Positions 29,753-39,240 of a DNA stretch of 64,000 bases are shown here, piece after piece. Below the pieces are notes generated by a model. The model was not told where the DNA came from and searched no databases. It saw only the letters and a program-made list of their open reading frames with translations. The stretch lies in contig JAEUVS010000006.1 of assembly GCA_016786745.1 (NCBI GenBank), forward strand, positions 3,047-67,046. Reading direction: 5' to 3'. This stretch comes from Chitinophagaceae bacterium (GTDB lineage Bacteria; Bacteroidota; Bacteroidia; Chitinophagales; Chitinophagaceae). The translations under genes and the position numbers were made by a program. How positions within the stretch are numbered: the first letter of the stretch is position 1; every line of letters begins with the position of its first letter.

Positions 29753-30653
29753 TATTGGAAGTAACGCAGCGAGATTACTGATATCTGATGTAACAACCAC
29801 CGACTACGGCAAACCTCAGTTTCAGAAATTAAATCTCGTAAGGGTACCTTTGCGATTGGGTTTTGATGTTTTTGAAAACAACACGATTTCCGCGGAAAAA
29901 GAAACGATGATCATCAAAACAATACGGTCGTACAAATTGCTTACCGACGTATATGGTGTGGAGCATATGAAAGCATGCGCTACTTCCGCGATGCGTGATG
30001 CGACGAACGGTAAAGAGATCATTGAAAAAGTAAAAGAAGATACGGGCATCGAAATAGAAATTATTTCAGGAGATGCCGAAGCGAGCCTGATATATGAAAA
30101 TCATGTGGCAGAAAATCTCGACAAGGAGCACGCTTACCTTTACATTGACGTAGGTGGTGGAAGTACGGAGTTGACTTTTTTTGCTGACGGTAACCTGGTT
30201 TTTAAAAGGTCGTTTAACATTGGAACAATAAGAATTCTGAAGAAACAGGTTGATGAATTTATGTGGGATGAGATGCGTGATTTCATCAAACGCGAGACGC
30301 GCGACTACGATGGCGACATGGTTGCGATCGGTTCCGGCGGAAATATCAATAAGGTGTTCGCACTTTCGAAACGAAAAGAAGGAAAGCCACTACAACTCGA
30401 CCTATTGAAAGATTATTATCGCGAGTTGAGTAGTTTTAGCGTAGAAGACAGGGTAAGGATTTATAAAATGCGCGAAGACAGGGCCGATGTGATTGTGCCA
30501 GCATTGCTGATATATATCAATGTAATGCGCTGGGCAAATATCGACGACATATTTGTGCCCAAGATTGGTTTGGCGGATGGATTGATACAGCACCTGTATT
30601 ATGAAATCGAAAATCAAAAAAGCAGGCGATTCACGATCAATAAACCACAATGA
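29733..30653 (+). CDS. ppx: exopolyphosphatase (Ppx/GppA family)
   Basis: [14 protein letters not shown] and [13 protein letters not shown]-fold motifs. It overlaps the ppk1 end by 20 nt and the panB start by 4 nt (ATGA). Confidence 0.9.
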   Translation: MRLAAIDIGSNAARLLISDVTTTDYGKPQFQKLNLVRVPLRLGFDVFENNTISAEKETMIIKTIRSYKLLTDVYGVEHMKACATSAMRDATNGKEIIEKVKEDTGIEIEIISGDAEASLIYENHVAENLDKEHAYLYIDVGGGSTELTFFADGNLVFKRSFNIGTIRILKKQVDEFMWDEMRDFIKRETRDYDGDMVAIGSGGNINKVFALSKRKEGKPLQLDLLKDYYRELSSFSVEDRVRIYKMREDRADVIVPALLIYINVMRWANIDDIFVPKIGLADGLIQHLYYEIENQKSRRFTINKPQ

Positions 30654-31465
30654 GTACACACAGGGAATTAAAAAAAATTACTACCAACACATTACAGAAG
30701 ATGAAGGCGAATGGGGAAAAGATCTCCATGATCACTGCCTACGATTTTTCATTCGCCAGGATTTTTGACGCCGCAGGAGTGGATGTGATTCTTGTAGGCG
30801 ATTCTGCCTCTAACGTAATGGCCGGTCACGAAACAACGCTTCCCATTACACTCGACCAGATTATTTATCATGCGTCTTCTGTGATCAGGGGTGTAAACCG
30901 GAGTCTTGTCGTGGTGGATCTTCCTTTCGGTTCGTATCAATCCAATTCGAAGGAGGCCCTTGCTTCTGCTATAAGGATCATGAAGGAAACGGGCGCTCAT
31001 GCTGTGAAACTTGAGGGTGGCGAAGAGGTTGTGGAGTCGGCCAGGCGCATTCTCGCTGCGGGTGTGCCTGTGATGGGACACCTCGGGTTAACGCCGCAAT
31101 CCATTTATAAATTCGGAACGTATACAGTGCGTGCCAGGGAAGAAGCTGAAGCGGAAAAGCTGAAAAACGACGCGAAGTTGCTGGAGCAGGAAGGGTGTTT
31201 TGCTGTGGTACTCGAAAAAATTCCGGCCACGCTTGCGAAAGAGGTTTCGGAAAGTGTGCAGATTCCCACAATTGGTATCGGCGCGGGGAGGTATTGTGAT
31301 GGACAGGTTTTGGTAATGCATGATATGCTTGGCATAAATACAGAGTTTAAGCCGCGGTTTCTGCGACAGTATTTGAATTTGCATGATGAGATTACAAGTG
31401 CGGTTAAGCAGTATATTGATGATGTGAAGAGCAGGGACTTTCCGAATGAGAATGAGCAGTATTAA
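30650..31465 (+). CDS. panB: 3-methyl-2-oxobutanoate hydroxymethyltransferase
   Basis: [28 protein letters not shown] and KLEGG motifs. Confidence 0.95.
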   Translation: MSTHRELKKITTNTLQKMKANGEKISMITAYDFSFARIFDAAGVDVILVGDSASNVMAGHETTLPITLDQIIYHASSVIRGVNRSLVVVDLPFGSYQSNSKEALASAIRIMKETGAHAVKLEGGEEVVESARRILAAGVPVMGHLGLTPQSIYKFGTYTVRAREEAEAEKLKNDAKLLEQEGCFAVVLEKIPATLAKEVSESVQIPTIGIGAGRYCDGQVLVMHDMLGINTEFKPRFLRQYLNLHDEITSAVKQYIDDVKSRDFPNENEQY

Positions 31466-31466
31466 A

Positions 31467-31527
31467 CGTGAGGCGTGAAGCGTGAGGCGTTATCCTGAAC
31501 TGGCGCGGAGCGGCTGAGTGAGGGATC
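31467..31527. repeat. CGTGAGG/CGTGAAG/CGTGAGG heptamer triplet fused to a REP-like right half-arm
   Basis: Heptamers at 31467-31489. 31490-31527 (TTATCCTGAAC...GAGTGAGGGATC) parallels GTCATCCCGAAC...GTGTGAGGGATC of the full element at 33067-33103. Confidence 0.6.
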
Positions 31528-31549
31528 TGGAGAGAAGAAAAAAACAGCT

Positions 31550-33028
31550 ATGAAAAAGAATATTCTTCTATTTCTTTTTATTTTTTCTGCGTTTTACAAT
31601 TACGCTCAACGAACAAAACTTTCCCTCCCGGCTATTGCCGCGATAAGACCATCTGAACTTGAAAGAGATTTAAAGGAACTCACCGACGATCATTTCAGGG
31701 GCCGCGAAGCCGGTACCCCCGATGAACTGAAAGCCTCGGTTTGGCTCGCGGAAAAAGCCCGTGAAGCGGGCCTCTCTCCTGCCGGCGACGACGGCACATT
31801 CTTCCAGTTCTTCTCGCTTCAGCGAAACAAAATCTCTGATAGAACGACTATCCGGATAAACAACGAATCTTTCACTTTATGGAAAGATGTGTTGCTGCCG
31901 CAAACCGCCGAAGCCAATGTAAACGCGCCACTTTTATTTTTAGATGTCACCGAACCATCACAGATAGATTCAGCAAACATCCGCGGGAAAGCAGTGGTAA
32001 TAATGGCATCACGTGAAGGTTTAAACCTCGATATTTCGTTACCTGAAAGAAGATACCCGGGGTTTGTTTTGCGCAAATATTCTTCAACGCTGATAAATAA
32101 CGGCGCCGCAGCAATCATTTTCATTGCCGATGAAGCGGGTGAAAAGGGCTGGCAGGCAGTGTTACCCGCTGTAACGCGCGGCAACTACGACATTGAAGGC
32201 GGACCGAATGCCGTAGCAAAAACACTGCCACCGGTTTTATGGTTTCATAAATCGGCAGAGTCGCTGCTGAAGCAGCCGGGCGCCATGTTGCATGCGAATG
32301 TTATAGTAGAGAGGTATGAATATCCATCTGTAAATATCGTGGGAACAATCAAAGGAACCGATCCGGTTCTCAGCAAAGAATATGTTTTATTTAGTGGTCA
32401 CCAGGATCACGATGGAATAAGAACGCCGTATGGAAATGATTCTATTTACAACGGGGCGGACGACAATGCAACTACCTGTGTAGCCATGCTGGCGATAGCC
32501 AGGACGTTTAAGGCGCAGCCTTCGAAAAGATCCGTTTTGTTTGTGTGGCATGGCGCAGAGGAGCGCGGCCTTCTCGGATCCAAATGGTATGCATCTCATC
32601 CTACGGTTCCGAACCATTCAATTGTAGCAGTGATGAATGCGGATATGATTGGAAGGAATAATCCGGACAGTGCGGCTTTACTCGGCGCTTCACCTCCTCA
32701 TATGAATTCACGCGATATGGTAGAGATGGCGCATGAAGCGAATAGGGAAGGACCAAAATTTTTGATCGATACGTTGTGGGACAGGCCCGAGCATCCTGAA
32801 TATTTTTATTTCAGGAGTGATCATCTTCCTTATGCGAGGCTTGGGATACCTGCAATTTATTTTACTACCACTTTGCACGATGAATATCATACCCCGATGG
32901 ATGATGCTTCCGGTATAGACATCAGGAAACTCACGCGGATGACGCAGTGGATCTACCGTACCGGTTGGAAAATCGCCAATAGGCCGCAGAAGCCCAGGTT
33001 GGTTGAGAATTTTAAATTAGAGAGATAA
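31550..33028 (+). CDS. M28 family metallopeptidase with PA domain, secreted
   Basis: Signal peptide. Zn-ligand motifs HQDHDG, DDNATTCVAMLAIA and EERGLLGS. Confidence 0.88.
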   Translation: MKKNILLFLFIFSAFYNYAQRTKLSLPAIAAIRPSELERDLKELTDDHFRGREAGTPDELKASVWLAEKAREAGLSPAGDDGTFFQFFSLQRNKISDRTTIRINNESFTLWKDVLLPQTAEANVNAPLLFLDVTEPSQIDSANIRGKAVVIMASREGLNLDISLPERRYPGFVLRKYSSTLINNGAAAIIFIADEAGEKGWQAVLPAVTRGNYDIEGGPNAVAKTLPPVLWFHKSAESLLKQPGAMLHANVIVERYEYPSVNIVGTIKGTDPVLSKEYVLFSGHQDHDGIRTPYGNDSIYNGADDNATTCVAMLAIARTFKAQPSKRSVLFVWHGAEERGLLGSKWYASHPTVPNHSIVAVMNADMIGRNNPDSAALLGASPPHMNSRDMVEMAHEANREGPKFLIDTLWDRPEHPEYFYFRSDHLPYARLGIPAIYFTTTLHDEYHTPMDDASGIDIRKLTRMTQWIYRTGWKIANRPQKPRLVENFKLER

Positions 33029-33038
33029 TTTCTCCGCA

Positions 33039-33103
33039 GATCCCTCGCTTGCGCTCGGGATGACCGTCATCCCGAACCGAGGCGAAGTCTCGTGTGAGGG
33101 ATC
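33039..33103. repeat. complete REP-like palindromic element
   Basis: GATCCCTC...CTCGGGATGAC-C-GTCATCCCGAAC...GAGGGATC. It lies between the convergent stops at 33028 and 33131. Confidence 0.9.
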
Positions 33104-33130
33104 AGCTGAAAAGCACCGTCGACCGCGGCC

Positions 33131-33895
33131 CTATTCATATAAATCGTCTATATCCGCCTGCGCGAGCTTCACCATCAACGCTCCCATCTTTTCCGTAATC
33201 GCCTTAAAAGCTCTCTCACCTTTCTCCTTCGTCGCTTTTTTAGGATTACCCGTACCTGTATCCTCAGAAATTTTTGACCATTTCCTTTCTGCCCAAACCC
33301 ATCCTTCCGAAAACTCTTTTATCCTGTGCTTCTTCTCTCTCCCATCACCTGCTTCATTCAGCGGCTTCACAAGATGCGGCGCCAGGTGAAGAATCAGGCT
33401 TGTCTCCATCTCATCAGCATGATCACCCCTGATCTCGTCGAAGAAATCACTTTTATTAAAAGAATGGAACCAATTCGATGTACAGATAAACATCTTCGGA
33501 TAGCGCAGGCCCAACTCGCGAACCAGTACTTTAAAATCATTTCCACCATGACTGTTCAGGATCATAAACCGCCGGATATTGAACCGGTCGAGCACCTGGA
33601 TCACGTTATCGAGTATGGCCAGCTGTGTGGTCGGATTGAGATTGATATCGAGTTTGATATCCGACTGGCCCGTGTTAACACCAAACGGAATAGTTGGCAA
33701 CACAATTACCTTAGCTCCTTTTTCCCATGCGATTCTTGCAGATTCAGCCGCAATATGATCGGCCTCTATTACGTCGGTGCCGTATGGAAGATGGTAGTTA
33801 TGCGCTTCAGTAGCGCCCCAGGGGAGAACGGCTAATTCGTATTCTGTTTTTTTTACTTCTGTCCAGGTGTTTTCTGCAAGAATAAAAGGTCTCAT
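33131..33895 (-). CDS. creatininase family amidohydrolase
   Basis: 254 aa. LPWGATEAHNYHLPYGTD and NSHGGN motifs. Confidence 0.88.
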   Translation of the reverse strand: MRPFILAENTWTEVKKTEYELAVLPWGATEAHNYHLPYGTDVIEADHIAAESARIAWEKGAKVIVLPTIPFGVNTGQSDIKLDINLNPTTQLAILDNVIQVLDRFNIRRFMILNSHGGNDFKVLVRELGLRYPKMFICTSNWFHSFNKSDFFDEIRGDHADEMETSLILHLAPHLVKPLNEAGDGREKKHRIKEFSEGWVWAERKWSKISEDTGTGNPKKATKEKGERAFKAITEKMGALMVKLAQADIDDLYE

Positions 33896-33946
33896 TACGT
33901 GCTGTGTTTTAAGACAGCAAATGTATCATGAGACCTTCAATTTTCA

Positions 33947-36900
33947 TCAATAGCCCGACTTAATCACCTTCAATGTCTTCACTTTTTCTCCATCCAGCCT
34001 CAACGTCAGCAGGTACATCCCTATTCGCAGATTGGATGAGAATCCATTTACGACGAGCACATTGTTTCCTACCACACGCGTTCCAAAATCCTGCCGGTGT
34101 ATCAATTTTCCGTACGTGTCGTGGATTTCCACGCTAATCCTTCCTGCAGCATTACTATTATAGAACTTAAGCTTTACTTCATTCTTGAATGGATTTGGAT
34201 AGGCCATAGCATTCACCACATCATCATCAGGAATCGTGTCTACTGGTGGCGGACTGTTTGGCAATGTGTCAACCGGCGGTGGCGGATTATTCGGAATCGT
34301 GTCTACCGGCGGGTTCGGGTTATTCGGAATAGTGTCCACTGGCGGATTCGGGTTGTTGGGAATCGTGTCTACCGGTGGATTTGGATTATTCGGAATGGTA
34401 TCGACTGGTGGGTTTGGATTATTTGGAATCGTATCCACCGGCGGGTTCGGGTTGTTTGGAATTGTATCCACTGGCGGGTTTGGATTATTTGGAATCGTGT
34501 CTACCGGTGGATTCGGATTATTCGGAATGGTATCGACTGGTGGGTTCTGGGTGGTATCCACGGGTTCCTGTATCGGAGTGTGAGCATACTCTTCGATAAT
34601 CACACCAGCATTAAATCCATAACCAGCTTCGGGTGTCGTTGAGAAATCGAGCAGCAACTTGCCATCCGGATCAGGGGCTATGTCGTTGATATAAACAACC
34701 TTGGTGGTATTGTACCATGAGTTCAGGTAAACTGTTTTATCATGCACCGTATATGTCGCCGTGTAATTGCCTTTGAACCAGTCTACCGGGCCGGAACTTC
34801 CAAAGAAACCTATCCTGTAACGCTTGCTATGGTTCAGGCCCGTGAGCTTGAACTGGCTGAGCTGACTTTTATCGAGCCAGTAGTTTGCAGCAAGAGCGTT
34901 ATCGGGAACCACTCCTGAATTATTCCCTGTAACCATGCCGGCGGTAAATTCACCATTAAACTCTTTCTCAAGCGTCAGCGCCATTTTCGTTGCCTTGTTC
35001 GACTGGTCTTTCAACAAATCGGTAGTGAAGTTGGAAAGAGGTGGCGTGGTAAGGCTGTTCCAGGGCGCAGGGGCATCTGCAACAGTTACGTTGAAGTTTA
35101 CATACACAATAGTTCCAGGCGTGGCCACAAGCACGCGCTTGCTATAGCCGGAATGGCCTGTAGCTCCTTTCGCTCTTACACGATACCAGTATTTTTTATC
35201 GACCGACAAACCAGAATTCGTATATACGTTACTGTTAGCCGGCCTGTTGATGGTTACCACATCCTGTGTAAACAGCGAATCTGTGGCTCGCGTTATTTCA
35301 TAGCCGTCGGCGGCGCTTTCATTGTTCGTTCTGTCCGACCACGTAAGCCTTACCGACGTGCGGTCGAGAGGTTCGGCAGCAAGATTATTCGGATTCAGCA
35401 ACGCGATCGATGAAGCGTATTCCTCTATTATTATTCCGTTAAGATATATTGCAGGACTTCCCTCGGCACGTGTAATCGTCACCAATATTTCACCATTCGC
35501 ATCAGGAACAATTGAATTGAGATTGGCAGTAGTCGAAGTATTATAGCGTGAATCCATCACCGACGATTGCGATCCGTAAGAAATCAACGCCTTCGCCTCG
35601 TAACCTTCATTCTGGCTTCCCACAAATACGAGGTTATACTGCATTGACCGGTTAAGTCCGCTGAATTTAATATTCTTCACCTGGCTATTGTCACTGATGC
35701 CACTTCTCAGAACGGCATCCGGGGCAACACCGGAGTTATCTCCCGTAATATGACCAAGATCCGTTGTGCCCGACCATGCTTCGAGCATGGTTATATTCAA
35801 TGCTGTCTGCGCGTTCTGCTCATCTTTTAAAGTGCCGGAGTTGCTGCCCGCGCCAGGAATTCCGAGCCAGTTGTTCCATGGTGAGCTTGCCGATTTTCCG
35901 GAGCTGCCCAGGTTAACATACACCGACTTTGTAAACTGGTCGCCCACGGTGAGTGTTATCACCTGCGTGGTTGATTTTCCATTATTATCTTTCGCGATAA
36001 CAGTAAGATCGTACACGCCTACATGTTCCGCGGTTGGAGATGCATTGATACTATAATTACCGTTGCTGCCTGTGAGGGTGACAAACGACGGCTTGTTCGG
36101 AATGCTGATAGTGATCACATCACCAGCATCGTCGGTCACGGAGAACTGTTCACTTTTCGATGACGCTGCTTTTACATATATATTATCGAGTCCGCTGATA
36201 GCAGGAGGATTATTACCCGCTCTTATCGAGAGTGTATTACTCTGCATACCATTACCGGAACTGTTAGATCCTACAACATAATAATAGTAGGTGGCGAACC
36301 CGGTTACTTCTGCGTCCGCATAGGCATTACTGTTAGCAGGCAGGGTGGCTATAAGCGTGAACGTAACATTGTCTTCTGAACGGTAAACTTTAAAGTTTGT
36401 TTCGCCCGTTACGTCGGTCCACGACAACAATACGGATCCGTTCGAGGCGGCTTCTCCACTCAATTGTGGCGGGGAAGCCGGCGTGTCCGGGAGCGCAAGC
36501 GTTGTCGCATTTACCTTCGGACTCCATCCTGATTCACCATTGGCGCCGATAGCGCGAATCCGGTAAAAATATTTCTTTGAAGCGTCAAGTCCCGAATCGG
36601 TAAACGATGTTGCATTTGCCGGGGCCGTACCTATCGGAACGTAGGTTCCTCCATCTGTGGTTGACCGTGTGATTTCGAAACCGGTTTCATTGCTGATGGT
36701 ATCGGCCCATGTAATTTTTATTCTTGTATAATCGAGCGCTTCTGCTGCTACACCTGACGGAATACCAGGTTTCCTGCCGGGGGTTACATCCGATTTTACA
36801 TATGTAACCTGGTTACTTGCCGGCGAAACGTTTCCTGCGGCATCAACAGCTTTTACCACGAACGTATAAGGAATCAGACTGTCGAGGCCCGTAGCTGTAA

Positions 36901-38809
36901 ACCCGCTTTCGGGAACACTATACGTTTTCACACCGTTCACATAAATATCATAGCGCGCAACCTGTTCATTATCGGTAGCCACCTTCCATGTAAGACGCAC
37001 AGAAGTTTTTGTACTTACTGTAAACGCGAGACCAGATGGCGCTGTCGGCGGTTCATTGTCAACAAGCGTTTTTGCTGTTGCTTCATTTGTAGGCACAGAT
37101 GCTCCTGTTTCGCTTACCGCGCGAATCTTGTAATGATACATGGTATTTTTCGCGAGGCCTGTATCTGTGTATGTGGTAAGATTGGCGTTGATTAATTCTA
37201 CAAACTGGTAAGGTCCACCGGTGGTTGTAGCCCTGTACACTTCAAATCCGTTTTCCCCAGCGCCCTGCTTCCACGTGAGTTTAATGCTGCTTTGAGTAGC
37301 GGGTACAGCAGTGAGCGATGTAGGTGCGTCGGGTTTTGGATTACCATTGGCATCGACAACGGTGAATGGTGGAGAAAAGGCCGTACCGCATCCAAATTCT
37401 TCTTCGTAGCGCGCCTTGTATTCGCCCACAGGAGCTTCATAAACCTGGGTGTTATTAACAAGCGATTCGTCGCTTGCGCGGTACCACTGGTAATTCACAA
37501 AGCCATCAGCAAGTGTCAGTGGCACTGTGGTGCTTCCATCGAGAGAAGGCAGCACCCGGCTTTTTTTGCCTTTTACCTGTATCGGCAATGTTTGCGTATT
37601 GCCTTTCGTGGTAATTACTGCTGGTTTCAACGACCAGTCGGACCATTCAGAAGAAGCGGTTCTTTTAAAACGAACCTGGTATGTTCCGTAAAGTTTTACT
37701 GTTATCTCGTTGCCTGTGTAAGAGATGATGGAAGAACCGTCAATAATATTGGTCACGTTGTTTGTAGCCGTAGCGATAGTCACTCCATCTCTCTGCCACT
37801 CGTAGGCATAAAATCCTGGTGTGATTCCAAGTTTCGCGTTCACATCTTCTTCCTTACAGAATTCTGAGTGTTGGAAAAATACCAGCGGATTTGCCTTATG
37901 AACATTGTTCATCTCCGGCACGAAATCAGGTTCACGCCAATGCTGGTACCAGCAGGAGTGACCTCGCTCGGGAAATACTGTATAGCGTACGTTCGCACCG
38001 ATCTCTTTCAAACGCTTCAATGTGTACTGGGCCTGTTCAGGTGAAGGATCAAGGTCCTTTCCGCCTGTGGCAAACCAGATCGGTATGTGAACGAATGCGT
38101 TTCTGTTACTCGTGGATCCTGCGGATGCAGAAGGCATAATCTTGGCCACTCTTTTCGGATATGCGTCGGCCATGCGCCATGCGCCGTAGCCACCGCCGGA
38201 AAGACCGTCTACGAGAAGCCGGTCGATATCGGCCTGCGCATACTTGGCAAGTGAGTCAACTATCGCGAGGATCGCGTTGAAGTTGGCGCTGGCCGCAGTT
38301 CCCCATCCTGCAAAACATCCTTCCGATACAACCAGCTGGGGATATAAGAGAAAGCCATCGAACTTATTTGTGTTTACCCATTCAAGATATAGTTTCCCTC
38401 CGAGCCATACCTGCTTCTCATTATTATAAATACCGCCATTGCTTGGGCACCCTACTTCACCACCACCATGAAGGAAGAGGTTAACGGGATACTTCTTTCC
38501 GGCGGTTCCCGGTTTGCCGTAACTATAAGGGTATTTGAGGCGGAAGGCCATCTTGGCCCCATTTACATTCAGGAAGTATTGTTTGAACTGGCGGGTGTCG
38601 AAGGTATCCGTACCCAATGACACGCCTATTGTAGGCGTACTTACCCATTTCTGCAGGCCGGGAACATTCGGGTCAGGGTGTTTGGCGCTGCCTAAAGGCG
38701 CGGACGCATCGTACCTTATGATCTCGTCACCAGGGTCGAAGACGTTCTGGGCGCGGGTTATAAGGGATAAGGCTATTACACATAGCCCGAAAAGTACGAA
38801 TCTCTTCAT
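33947..38809 (-). CDS. T9SS-secreted multidomain protein: alpha/beta-hydrolase esterase + Ig/FN3 modules + cadherin-like domain + duplicated uncharacterised domain + Pro-rich repeat linker + Por_Secre_tail
   Basis: 1620 aa with a signal peptide. GLSGGGYGAW nucleophile elbow and GHSCW in the first ~300 aa. At least 5 FN3-like modules (e.g. PDAPTSLTAVPATQSSIKLTWK). NPPAISGL... cadherin-like module. C-terminal YPNPFKNEV...LKVIKSGY matches the T9SS type A sorting-domain pattern. Confidence 0.9.
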   Translation of the reverse strand: MKRFVLFGLCVIALSLITRAQNVFDPGDEIIRYDASAPLGSAKHPDPNVPGLQKWVSTPTIGVSLGTDTFDTRQFKQYFLNVNGAKMAFRLKYPYSYGKPGTAGKKYPVNLFLHGGGEVGCPSNGGIYNNEKQVWLGGKLYLEWVNTNKFDGFLLYPQLVVSEGCFAGWGTAASANFNAILAIVDSLAKYAQADIDRLLVDGLSGGGYGAWRMADAYPKRVAKIMPSASAGSTSNRNAFVHIPIWFATGGKDLDPSPEQAQYTLKRLKEIGANVRYTVFPERGHSCWYQHWREPDFVPEMNNVHKANPLVFFQHSEFCKEEDVNAKLGITPGFYAYEWQRDGVTIATATNNVTNIIDGSSIISYTGNEITVKLYGTYQVRFKRTASSEWSDWSLKPAVITTKGNTQTLPIQVKGKKSRVLPSLDGSTTVPLTLADGFVNYQWYRASDESLVNNTQVYEAPVGEYKARYEEEFGCGTAFSPPFTVVDANGNPKPDAPTSLTAVPATQSSIKLTWKQGAGENGFEVYRATTTGGPYQFVELINANLTTYTDTGLAKNTMYHYKIRAVSETGASVPTNEATAKTLVDNEPPTAPSGLAFTVSTKTSVRLTWKVATDNEQVARYDIYVNGVKTYSVPESGFTATGLDSLIPYTFVVKAVDAAGNVSPASNQVTYVKSDVTPGRKPGIPSGVAAEALDYTRIKITWADTISNETGFEITRSTTDGGTYVPIGTAPANATSFTDSGLDASKKYFYRIRAIGANGESGWSPKVNATTLALPDTPASPPQLSGEAASNGSVLLSWTDVTGETNFKVYRSEDNVTFTLIATLPANSNAYADAEVTGFATYYYYVVGSNSSGNGMQSNTLSIRAGNNPPAISGLDNIYVKAASSKSEQFSVTDDAGDVITISIPNKPSFVTLTGSNGNYSINASPTAEHVGVYDLTVIAKDNNGKSTTQVITLTVGDQFTKSVYVNLGSSGKSASSPWNNWLGIPGAGSNSGTLKDEQNAQTALNITMLEAWSGTTDLGHITGDNSGVAPDAVLRSGISDNSQVKNIKFSGLNRSMQYNLVFVGSQNEGYEAKALISYGSQSSVMDSRYNTSTTANLNSIVPDANGEILVTITRAEGSPAIYLNGIIIEEYASSIALLNPNNLAAEPLDRTSVRLTWSDRTNNESAADGYEITRATDSLFTQDVVTINRPANSNVYTNSGLSVDKKYWYRVRAKGATGHSGYSKRVLVATPGTIVYVNFNVTVADAPAPWNSLTTPPLSNFTTDLLKDQSNKATKMALTLEKEFNGEFTAGMVTGNNSGVVPDNALAANYWLDKSQLSQFKLTGLNHSKRYRIGFFGSSGPVDWFKGNYTATYTVHDKTVYLNSWYNTTKVVYINDIAPDPDGKLLLDFSTTPEAGYGFNAGVIIEEYAHTPIQEPVDTTQNPPVDTIPNNPNPPVDTIPNNPNPPVDTIPNNPNPPVDTIPNNPNPPVDTIPNNPNPPVDTIPNNPNPPVDTIPNNPNPPVDTIPNNPPPPVDTLPNSPPPVDTIPDDDVVNAMAYPNPFKNEVKLKFYNSNAAGRISVEIHDTYGKLIHRQDFGTRVVGNNVLVVNGFSSNLRIGMYLLTLRLDGEKVKTLKVIKSGY
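34230..34556 (-). repeat. coding tandem repeat, 33-bp period, 10 units (PPVDT[IL]P core)
   Basis: Units at 34293, 34326, 34359, 34392, 34425, 34458 and 34491 all encode NNPNPPVDTIP. Flanking units are degenerate. Confidence 0.95.
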
Positions 38810-39240
38810 ATCAAAGTGACAGATTAAAAATGCAAAAGTCAGACCACCGGAAAACCGGTAAATCAGTTGGTAAACCGTAGAATAAGAGGAAATTGGTGTT
38901 CTAGAGGATGATGGGTACCAGGAACGGAATGTGCTAAAGTAATACGCAAAAAATCAAGGTCATAGCAAAATTCGAAATATTTTTTCAAACCTGCTTTAAT
39001 CCCCAGTGGTTTAACCAAAAAATAATTTGCCCTTTTTAGAGATAGCCTATCTTTGAAATTCCCCGTTCCCACGGAAAAGAGAATCTCATCTTCCTTGAAA
39101 TCTACCTGCCGATTTACTGAACGCTCAACCCCATAACCTTCCACTCCGACGTCCGATTAACCAATCCTAACCAATCCTTTGTCCACGTTTTACAGTATCC
39201 TGAACAAGTTGGATTTCTTAATTGCTTATTCATAAAGAAT

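Noticed and set aside
33060-33389. ORF starting MTVIPNRGEVSCEGS..., and the tail of ORF 9745..10254 (...SLRSVRDDNLVESPVRDDNLG).
   Set aside because: Their start or end is simply a translation of REP-like palindromic elements. The remainder is antisense to the creatininase gene and ribH.
34097-34642. Plus-strand ORFs with striking repeats (GFGLFGIVSTG x8 and RIRVVGNRVYRW...).
   Set aside because: They are antisense and alternative-frame translations of the 33-bp tandem array. The true coding strand is the minus-strand T9SS cargo gene.
38863-39144. 93-aa and 68-aa minus-strand ORFs (38863..39144 and 39114..39320) in the long intergenic region upstream of the T9SS cargo gene.
   Set aside because: No signal, motif or family resemblance. 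39114..39320 overlaps the better-supported lipoprotein gene start. They could still be real small proteins, but the evidence is insufficient.
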